The position numbers and the translations under genes are program-made. From assembly GCA_950097015.1 (NCBI GenBank), contig CATNEN010000031.1, positions 1,488,001 to 1,552,000 on the forward strand: a stretch of DNA of 64,000 bases, given 5' to 3'. This DNA is from Macrostomum hystrix (Eukaryota > Animalia > Platyhelminthes). Below, piece after piece: positions 11,501 to 20,950 of the stretch. A model generated the notes under the pieces. The model saw only the letters and a list, made by a program, of their open reading frames with translations. It was not told the DNA's origin and searched no databases. Numbering within the stretch: the stretch's first letter is position 1; the number at the start of each line of letters is the position of its first letter.

Positions 11501-14281
11501 CGGCTAATAACTTCGCCAGGATGCGAAACAATACTGCCTGCGCTGCCTGGAATCTGGAAGATTCCGTCCCAGGTGCATGGACTCCTTTGACGCCAAGGAG
11601 CAATCAGAAGGCAGCCGAGACTCTGGGGTGAGCGTACTTCAGGGACAGGTGACGGGGCGTGTGTGCGTCAGGGACAGGTGACAGGGCGTGTGTGTGTCAA
11701 GGACTAGTGTGTGTGTGTCAGAGACAGGTGTGTGTGTGTCAGAGCCAGGTGTGTGTGTCAGAGACAGGTGTGTGTGTGTCAGAGACAGGTGTGTGTGTGT
11801 CAGAGACAGGTGTGTGTGTCAGAGACAGGTGTGTGTGTCAGAGACAGGTGTGTGTGTGTCAGAGACAGGTGTGTGTGTGTGTCAGGGACAGGTGTGTGTG
11901 TGTCAGGGACAGGTGTGTGAGTCAGGGACAGGTGAGTGTGATTGTTTCAGGGACAGGTGAGTGTGTTTGTGTCAGGGACAGGTGTGTGTGTGTCAGGGAC
12001 AGGTGAGTGTGTTTGTGTCAGGGACAGGTGAGTATGTTTGTGTCAGGGACAGGTGTGTGTGTGTGTGTCAGGGACAGGTGTGTGTGTGTCAGGGACATGT
12101 GTGTGTGTCAGAGACAGGTGTGTGTGTCAGGGACAGGTGAGTGTGTTTGTGTCAGGGACAGGTGTGTGTGTGTCAGGGACAGGTGTGTGTGTGTGTCAGG
12201 GACAGGTGTGTGTGTCAGGGACAGGTGTGTGAGTCAGGGACAGGTGAGTGTGATTGTTTCAGGGACAGGTGAGTGTGTTTGTGTCATGGACAGGTGTGTG
12301 TGTCAGGGACAGGTGAGTGTGTTTGTGTCAGGGACAGGTGTGTGTGTGTGTGTCAGGGACAGGTGTGTGTGTGTGTCAGGGACATGTGTGTGTGTCAGAG
12401 ACAGGTGTGTGTGTGTGTCAGGGACAGGTGTGTGTGTCAGGGACAGTTGTGTGTGTCAGGGACAGGTGTGTGTGTCAGGGACAGGTGTGTGTGTCGGGGA
12501 CAGGTGTGTGTGTGTCAGGGACATGTGTGTGTGTCAGGGACAGGTGTGTGTGTCGGGGACAGGTGTGTGTGTGTCAGGGACATGTGTGTGTGTCAGGGAC
12601 AGGTGTGTGTGTCAGGGACAGGTGTGTGTGTCAGGGTCTGAGTGACAACAGTGCTGTAGGAACATTTCGATTTGTTGATCTGCTCACAACAAGTAGCTGG
12701 TTGCTCATAGAACCTCTTTTAATTTTAGTACACATGCGATTGTATGCACCTGTCGATTTTGTTCCCAATTAACATTCTAGACAGTGTTCAGAAAATCAAA
12801 GCTTCGATTGCACATAAAGTTTTCATAAAATATAGTGCCAGCGCTTCATCTAACCTGGCAGCTGGCTTTTACTGTTTGCGGTTAACCATCACACACACAG
12901 AACACGAACAGGCAGAACAATATTTGTCCCGAAAGACAGATCGCTCAGCCTTCAGGCTCAGTTCATCACAAGCTAGCGGGGTTGACTTACTGTCAGTCTA
13001 TACTGCGGAGCCAAGTCTGTGCTGCATATTTTATCGGCTGCTGAACTGTTGTCAGAGCGGAGCCCAGATACTAGAACTGGCTTTGTATAAAATAGTGGAA
13101 GGTGACGCAGAAATGTTGGGGGGTGGGTTTGGGGAAATGATTCCCATATTCCTGCAGCTGCCTTCAGCACACAGGCGCCGCTGGCCCGCAGAAGATTTGA
13201 GGAAGAAAGGAAGGAAGCGAAGGCGGCAGAAAATAGACTGCCGGGATCTGGGCGGGGAGAAAACGAAGTAGGACGCTGTTTTTTTATGCGAGCCTTTGGA
13301 TGCAGGAGATTTCTCCCCCCCCCTTGCCCACCCCCTCAGGCTGAAGGGAGTTATATCCCAACTGCCTTCACCCAAACGGCAGCTGAGGCGGCGGCCCCGC
13401 TTGATCCAATTTTACGCCCGTTTCACATTCAAGATCCCAAAGCCTGTACTCCGGGCCTGCGGCTCGGCCCGGTCACCCGATTTCTCCGATCCCTTCCAGA
13501 AGGCTTGCCATTGCTTGCGCCGGCTGGCACCCAACCCCGGGAGCCGCCGCAGCAAATGGAACTGAACGGGAGGCTGCGAAAGGGAACTTTCAGATCCCAA
13601 CAAATTAGCGAAGTTGATGGGCCGCGGGGCTCCGGTGGAGGAGGGGGAGGGGGAGGTGAGTTGTGGGGGGAGGTCGAGCAGCTGCGATAACTGGACAGGC
13701 CTGAGCCGAGTGGATTGTGCGTGCACTCAGTTCCCAAGGAGGGCAACTCAGCGCCTCCACCCCACACAGCTTCACACGAATCTATTTTAAGGGGGATCTG
13801 TTGAGTCGCCGTGTCTCTCTTCCCGGTATTTTTGGGAGAGGAAAGAAGAACAAGACAGACAGGCTACCTTGGAGTATGAGCGGCATTGGAAGCATCATTG
13901 CTGGTAGCAGCGGCGGTTGCGGCGGCGGCGGCGGCGTTGGTGGAGGCGGCGGCGGCGGCAGTCGATCGCAGGGCGCAGACTGGGTCGAGCTCAGCAGGCC
14001 GCTGCTGTTTTCTGCCGGCTTCTGCGAAACCCGCCAACTGCAGGAGGGCAGGTCGGCCTCCGCGGGTTGAGGGTGGCTGGGGGAACAGGTGTGGCCCAGG
14101 TGCTGCGAAGCTGTCCTTGGCTTTGAAATGATCGAGTGGTAGCGCGAACGCCTGCCATTCATTGAGAACTTTCTGTCATGGAGGAAGCCAGGGCTTCCTT
14201 GTGTAGCTAAAAGATTTGTCCCAAAGTTTAGCAGCTCAAGATAAGATAAGGCACAGTGGTGTGAATGCTGTACGCAGCCAG
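8519..14281 (+). CDS. Candidate exons of an unidentified plus-strand gene (8519-8819, 11520-11627, ~13306-13655, 14207-14281)
   Basis: Each is a GC-rich open stretch between an AG acceptor and a GT donor. Examples: 11520-11627 DAKQYCLRCLESGRFRPRCMDSFDAKEQSEGSRDSG (phase 0-0) and 14207-14281 LKDLSQSLAAQDKIRHSGVNAVRSQ (phase 0-0). No homology recognised and connectivity is unresolved. Confidence 0.3.
8960..9475. repeat. CT/GA-rich compound microsatellite
   Basis: Near-continuous (CT)n with CCA/CG interruptions. Confidence 0.95.
10190..10865. repeat. CT/GA-rich compound microsatellite
   Basis: Near-continuous (CT)n with periodic CCA interruptions. Confidence 0.95.
11635..12637. repeat. Variable-length minisatellite GTCAGGGACAG(GT)n
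   Basis: Constant core TCAG(G/A)GACAGGT followed by GT tracts of variable length; some units contain GTGAGT. Confidence 0.93.
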
Positions 14282-15487
14282 GTGAGTAGCTCAAGATAAG
14301 ATAGGGCACAGTAGTGTGAATGCTGTACGCAGCCAGGTGAGTAGCTCAAGATAAGATAAGGCACAGTGGTGTGAGTGCTGTACACAGCAAGGTGAGTAGC
14401 TCAAGATAAGATAAGGCACAGTGGTGTGAATGCTGTACGCAGCCAGGTGAGCCAAGCTCAAGATAAGATAAGGCACAGTGGTGTGAATGCTGTACACAGC
14501 AAGGTGAGTAGCTCAAGATAAGATAAGGCACAGTGGAGTGAGAGTTGTACACAGGCAGGTGAGTAGCTCAAGATAAGATAAGGCACAGTGGAGTGAGAGC
14601 TGTACACAGGCAGGTGAGCAGCTCAAGATAAGATAAGGCACAGTGGTGTGAATGCTGTACACAGCAAGGTGAGTAGCTCAAGATTGATCCAATAAGATAA
14701 AGATAAAGATAAAGATAAAGCTCAAGATAAGATAAGGCACAGTGGAGTGAGAGTTGTACACAGGCAGGTGAGTAGCTCAAGATAAGATAAGGCACAGTGG
14801 AGTGAGAGCTGTACACAGGCAGGTGAGCAGCTCAAGATAAGATAAGGCACAGTGGAGTGAGAGTTGTACACAGGCAGGTGAGTAGCTCAAGATAAGATAA
14901 GGCACAGTGGAGTGAGAGTTGTACACAGCCAGGTGAGCAGCTCAAGATAAGATAAGGCACAGTGGAGTGAGAGCTGTACACAGCCAGGTGAGTAGCTCAA
15001 GATAAGATAAGGCACAGTGGAGTGAGAGCTGTACACAGCCAGGTGAGTAGCTCAAGATAAGATAAGGCACAGTGGTGTGAATGCTGTACGCAGCCAGGTG
15101 AGCCAAGCTCAAGATAAGATAAGGCACAGTGGTGTGAATGCTGTACACAGCAAGGTGAGTAGCTCAAGATAAGATAAGGCACAGTGGAGTGAGAGTTGTA
15201 CACAGGCAGGTGAGTAGCTCAAGATAAGATAAGGCACAGTGGAGTGAGAGCTGTACACAGGCAGGTGAGCAGCTCAAGATAAGATAAGGCACAGTGGAGT
15301 GAGAGCTGTACACAGGCAGGTGAGTAGCTCAAGATAAGATAAGGCACAGTGGAGTGAGAGTTGTACACAGGCAGGTGAGTAGCTCAAGATAAGGCATAGT
15401 GGAGTGAGAGCTGTACACAGCCAGGTGAGTAGCTCAAGATAAGGCATAGTGGAGTGAGAGCTGTACACAGCCAGGTGAGTAGTCCAA
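14232..15487. repeat. 55-bp minisatellite, ~22 copies, interrupted by a short (AGATAA)n tract near 14690-14720
   Basis: Unit AGCTCAAGATAAGATAAGGCACAGTGGAGTGAGAGCTGTACACAGGCAGGTGAGT; 55-bp period confirmed between 14941 and 14996. Confidence 0.96.
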
Positions 15488-16459
15488 GGATGAGAAGATT
15501 ACTTGTATAGGGATAAGATTACCGCCAGAGAGCAGGAAAAGGTGGGATCTCAAATAGCGGCGGGTGTTGTGCTGGCCATGGAAAGCTGGCCTGGGGAGTG
15601 TCTCCGAGCTGCTAATTGGACACTGAAAGTTGGCCGTCACGCAAGCACGCGACTTCGCCTTGATTACAGAAATTTCTGTCCCTAACCTGGAAAATTGAAG
15701 GAGAAAATTAGGGGAGTAGAAACGGCTTTTCCTGGGCCTTTTATTTTGCATTTTTCGGGTCTGTCAAATGAAGATGATCAACCAGCTAAAAAAACTGCGT
15801 GCATGTGAATCCCCGCGCCACACTCAAGTACCAACTGCCTTAGCCTCGATGTATCAAGTACAGAACTCAATCACTGCCTCAAGCAGTGGCCCAGTCTATC
15901 TCGCTTGCCTGGCTGTTAGATCCGAGAGTTCTTATCTGACAAGCAGCCTGACAGCCCACAGTTACTCCGTAAGAATAGAGCTAGCTCGTAGTTGGTTAAT
16001 CTGATCCTTACATTCGAGACTAGAGCCAAGTATGTGAAAATCCTCAATCAATCTTATTCAAAATTCCTAACTCCAAATCATACTATTCGCCAGAATAAAC
16101 AGCAGAAAGTACATCGTTCTCAAATAGCAGAATCTGTTTACCAGCTATGCTCAAGTTTTGCTATAAATTTAAACAGAGTCCCACGGAGCCCAGATATCAG
16201 AGCTTCAAAAATTTGAACTAGAGGTCGGGAGTTCGAATCTCAGCCAGGAGGGAAGCATTTTTTGTTCTTGTCCTTCAAGGGGAGAACATTTTGTGGGTTC
16301 GGTGGGCTCCCAGTCCATGGACTGTACAGCTGTTACACATGAAGTGTCACTGGCAGTGCACCTGACCCATGTGGTTTAAGTGTACTCAAATTAGCTATTT
16401 TTTATCTTTCATTGCAGCAATGAATCCTGACATTATTGTCATTATTGTCTTATGTTCAG

Positions 16460-16971
16460 ATTCTCAGCCGTGGCCATTGAGATGCTGCGCGAGCAGGAGG
16501 ACCGCGACCTTCATCCGTACGGCCGGGGCGGCAGATTCGAAGGCGTGCTGTACTCTCGCCGGGTCAAGGTGCAGGTCGATCACGCCAAATTCCTCGCCTG
16601 GATTGTGTTCGCCGGATTCATACTGCTCACCTCCGGTGCCATTATCTTCCTGGCAGGTGAGATACTCGCGGCTTGCAGAACTAATAAACTAACAATAACC
16701 GTATAGCCGATCAGGGCAGTCTTTGACGGAAGGCTTGGTCTGCAGCTTAAGCTCATCAAGGCCAATCTTCAAGACACAGTGCGAGTGTACACGTGTGTGC
16801 GTGTGTGCTCAGGAGTCAGCGAAATGGACATCATTGACTCCTCGCTGGCTGTTGACTGCCACCAAATGATAGCCATAGCTACGATCCGTTTCAGAGATGG
16901 AACGGCGGCAGAAGACGCAGCAGCAGTCTCCGCTTGCGACGGCGGCGACAAATGGCAGCGGCGCCACGTAG
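16460..16971 (+). CDS. Last two exons (16460-16656, 16895-16971) of a membrane protein, possibly claudin/tetraspan-like
   Basis: FSAVAIEMLREQEDRDLHPYGRGGRFEGVLYSRRVKVQVDHAKFLAWIVFAGFILLTSGAIIFLA splices in phase 1 to EMERRQKTQQQSPLATAATNGSGAT*. There is a clear C-terminal TM helix and a short tail. Upstream exons were not located. Confidence 0.5.
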
Positions 16972-17048
16972 CTGATCTGACACACCTGGCAGACTTTTCA
17001 TCCGTACACTGCGCATTCGGCTGGGTGTAAAAAAAGCTAACTGGGGCC

Positions 17049-18230
17049 GCAGCCCACCCCACAGATTAAGGTGATGACCCAACCCACCCCACAGATTCAG
17101 GTGATCACCCAGCCCACCCCATAGATTCAGGTGATCGCCCAACCCACCCCACAGATTCAGGTGATGACCCACCCGACCCCACAGATTCAGGTCATCACCC
17201 AGCCTACCCCACAGATTCAGGTGATCACCCAACCCACCCCACAGATTCAGGTGATGACCCAGCCCACCCCACAGATTCAGGTGATCACCCAGCCTACCCC
17301 ACAGATTCAGGTGATCACCCAGCCTACCCCACAGATTCAGGTGATCACACAGCCCACCCCACAGATTCAGGTGATCACACAGCCCACCCCACAGATTCAG
17401 GTGATCACCCAACCCACCCCACAGATTCAGGTGATGACCCAGCCCACCCCACAGATTCAGGTGATCACCCAGCCTACCCCACAGTTTCAGGTGATCACCC
17501 AGCCTACCCCACAGATTCAGGTGATCACACAGCCCACCCCACAGATTCAGGTGATCACACAGCCCACCCCACAGATTCAGGTGATCACCCAGCCCACCCC
17601 ACAGATTCAGGTGATGACCCAGCCCACCCCACAGATTCAGGTGATCACCCAGCCTACCCCACAGATTCAGGTGATCACACAGCCCACCCCACAGATTCAG
17701 GTGATCACACAGCCCACCCCACAGATTCAGGTGATCACCCAGCCCACCCCACAGATTCAGGTGATGACCCAGCCCACCCCACAGATTCAGGTGATCACCC
17801 AGCCTACCCCACAGATTCAGGTGATCACACAGCCCACCCCACAGATTCAGGTGATCACCCAACCCACCCCACAGATTCAGGTGATCACCCAGCCCACCCC
17901 ATAGATTCAGGTGATCGCCCAACCCACCCCACAGATTCAGGTGATCACCCAGCCCACCCCACAGATTCAGGTGATGACCCAGCCCACCCCACAGATTCAG
18001 GTGATCACCCAGCCTACCCCACAGATTCAGGTGATCACCCAGCCTACCCCACAGATTCAGGTGATCACCCAGCCCACCCCACAGATTCAGGTGATCACAC
18101 AGCCCACCCCACAGATTCAGGTGATCACACAGCCCACCCCACAGATTCAGGTGATCACCCAGCCCACCCCACAGATTCAGGTGATCACACAGCCCACCCC
18201 ACAGATTCAGGTGATCACCAAGCCTACCTA
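17049..18230. repeat. 30-bp minisatellite, ~39 copies
   Basis: Unit CAGCCCACCCCACAGATTCAGGTGATCACC in tandem. Confidence 0.97.
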
Positions 18231-18967
18231 ACAGGCTATCACTGCCCACATAAACTACAAGACATGCTCTTACTAAAATCCCATTCCCATATTTTACAAG
18301 CTTTCGAGAAAGTATTTTTAGAATCAAGTATTTGATCTCGTTGATACTGTATAATGCATGCATCGAATCATTTTGCCGATTGAATTTTTTTATTTCTTCA
18401 CTGCCAACAAGCTACTTACAGTAGCGGTGGAAGAAACTGATTGCAAAAATGCAAATCTACTCATTTGATGCGTTGAGCTTCTCAATGATTCCCAAAGAAA
18501 CAATAATAGTATTTTCTTGAAACTGATTTTACTCTGTGCTTCACAGTCAACAAAGCATAAGCATTTGTGTCGGACTGAATAAATGTTCTGCAAATGTTAA
18601 ACAATAAAAAAGTATTGTGCTGTGTTTGATTAACGATTCGGGGCAACAGTGCTTACATAACAATATGCTTTGACAGGAAATGCGAGTCACTTCCCTCGGA
18701 TAGGGAGCAAACTGTATTGTTTATTATAATTGTCCTGTGTGAAGAAGTCGAGAGAACTTATGACCACTATAGTAACTAAGCACCAGCATAGTGGGAATAA
18801 TGTGGATGGTCACAAAAATTACATAGGTGGTAGTCAAGGGAATGGGCAATTCCTGAAACATTTCAATGAAGAAAACGTAATTAATACGAGCGTATTTAAG
18901 CGGATAATATAATAGCGCTTAACATAAAAAATTTAAAGTAAAAGCTTAACTTTATGGCAATCACCAT

Positions 18968-19700
18968 TGTGGCAACCTACTGTGGCAACCAACAGTGGCA
19001 ACCTACTGTGGCAACCAACAGTGGCAACCTACTGTGGCAACCAACAGTGGCAACCTACTGTGGCAACCAACAGTGGCAACCTACTGTGGCAACCAACAGT
19101 GGCAACCTACTGTGGCAACCTACTGTGGCAACCAACAGTGGCAACCTACTGTGGCAACCAACAGTGGCAACCTACTGTGGCAACCTACTGTGGCAACCAA
19201 CAGTGGCAGCCTACTGTGGCAACCAACAGTGGCAATCTACTGTGGCAACCAACAGTGGCAACCTACTGTGGCAACCAACAGTGGCAACCTACTGTGGCAA
19301 CCAACAGTGGCAACCTACTGTGGCAATCTACTGTGGCAACCAACAGTGGCAACCTACTGTGGCAACCAACAGTGGCAACCTACTGTGGCAACCAACAGTG
19401 GCAACCTACTGTGGCAACCAACAGTGGCAACCTACTGTGGCAACCTACTGTGGCAACCAACAGTGGCAACCAACAGTGGCAATCTACTGTGGCAACCAAC
19501 AGTGGCAATCAACAGTGGCAATCTATTGTGGCAACCAACAGTGGCAACCAACAGTGGCAATCTACTGTGGCAACCAACAGTGGCAACCAAAAGTGGCAAC
19601 CAAAAGTGTGGCAACCAAAAGTGTGGCAACCAAAATTGTGGCAACACAAAGTCGGGCAACCAACAGTATGTTAACCAACAGCAGCGGCAACCAACAGTGT
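18968..19700. repeat. 13-bp minisatellite with two alternating monomer types
   Basis: GTGGCAACCAACA and GTGGCAACCTACT alternate, and the array degenerates toward the 3' end. Confidence 0.95.
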
Positions 19701-19723
19701 GACAACCAAGGTCACCTTAGTCA

Positions 19724-20443
19724 TCAGTACAGACCATCAACCGGCCTGCTGCCGTACAGCAGTCGCCATGACGCCGGCTGCGGTCGTCCAGGCACCGGCG
19801 CCAATCCCGGCTGTCCTAAAATGGCGGCAGCGGCGCTGGCCAGCTGGTCGGCGTGCCCGGAGTTGTCACCCTCGGCGCAGAACAGACAGGCTAAGGCAAC
19901 GGCTGGAGATGGCCTGTCAACGAGTCGGCGATAGAGCGGCCCAGCCAGGCCGACGCCAGACAGGAAGCGAGTTCGCTCTGCGTCCAAGGATTCGAACTCC
20001 AGACCGTCAGGCGCCGGATCGGGCCAGCCGGACGAGCCGGCCAGTCCAAGCGGCGGACAGCTGGGCTCCCGCCTAGCCGAGTCCCAGGCGCTTGCCAGCA
20101 GCAGGACGCGTCCAAAGCCGGCCTCTTCAATGAGGCGGCATGCCTCGGTCAGGAAGAGGCGCCTCCGATTGGCCAGCACAGGCGAGCGCAGCTGAAGGAC
20201 GACCAGGCGGCGCTGCTCGCTCTCCCACAGTTCGGCGGCTGTACATGGCGGCCCACCGAACGGGCCGGTGCCACAGACGGGTGTCAAGGCGGCGCTGTGC
20301 CAGTAGCCGACGGAGTAGAGCCGGCCGCAGTTAATCAGCAGGTCGGCAGCCAGCTGGCCCACATTGCCGACAGACACGCTCGGCAGCACGCAGGTGTAGT
20401 CGGACCACTTGCCCGGCCCGATGGACTTGTCAGATAGCACCAG
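19724..20443 (-). CDS. PSMG2: Proteasome assembly chaperone 2 (PAC2); coding exon lacking its own ATG
   Basis: LPSVSVGNVGQLAADLLI near the N-terminus, FCAEGDN and PASWRLLYG near the C-terminus. The exon opens after the acceptor TTCCTTGCAG at 20443. The ORF-track extension to 20575 runs through a repeat. Confidence 0.9.
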   Translation of the reverse strand: MVLSDKSIGPGKWSDYTCVLPSVSVGNVGQLAADLLINCGRLYSVGYWHSAALTPVCGTGPFGGPPCTAAELWESEQRRLVVLQLRSPVLANRRRLFLTEACRLIEEAGFGRVLLLASAWDSARREPSCPPLGLAGSSGWPDPAPDGLEFESLDAERTRFLSGVGLAGPLYRRLVDRPSPAVALACLFCAEGDNSGHADQLASAAAAILGQPGLAPVPGRPQPASWRLLYGSRPVDGLY

Positions 20444-20471
20444 CTGCAAGGAATGCGGGCGATTGCCTGGC

Positions 20472-20625
20472 TGGCTGCTGACTGACTCACTCAACTGACT
20501 CACAGACTGGCTGCTGACTGACTCACTTAACTGACTCACAGACTGACTGCTGACTGACTCACTCAACTGACTCACAGACTGGCTGCTGACTGACTAACTC
20601 AACTGACTCACAGAATGGCTGCTGA
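20472..20625. repeat. 36-bp tandem repeat, ~4 copies, between CWC22 and PSMG2
   Basis: Unit CTGGCTGCTGACTGACTCACTCAACTGACTCACAGA. Confidence 0.9.
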
Positions 20626-20950
20626 CAAACTGTCCCTAGGTGCTTTGAAAGTAAAACAAAAACAAAAAAGCAGCAGTTAGATTTTCAATGCAACAAGGCG
20701 AAGGTCGGTGCAACCGGTGACAACTATTTATTTTTTTAATCGTCTGAGAATGGACACGTGAATTAAAACTTAAATTTCTGTACAGATTGACAGTACTGTA
20801 GGCATGAAATTATAAAATAGGAAATTTCGGTTAGTTTTGCGTTATAGCCCGTATAGCAACACAGTGCTCAAGTGCCCTCGATAAAACTACTCCACCAGTG
20901 CTGCAATACCCAGTGTATTTATTTTAGTAATAAGTATGCGCGGGTGGAAT

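Noticed and set aside
11659-12772. Cys/Val-rich ORFs resembling metallothionein or keratin-associated proteins
   Set aside because: They derive from (GT)n tracts and are open in all three frames.
16222-16255. tRNA gene (GGTCGGGAGTTCGAATCTC B-box)
   Set aside because: Only a T-arm-like fragment is present, with no acceptor stem or D-arm. At most it is a SINE remnant.
16891-18363. Mucin-like (VITQPTPQIQ)n and (GDHLNLWGGL)n ORFs
   Set aside because: They come from a 30-bp minisatellite. The plus frame has internal TAG stops, and there is no signal peptide or splice context.
18954-19702. Gln/Trp-rich ORFs
   Set aside because: A 13-bp unit cycles through all frames, giving the same peptide in three frames.
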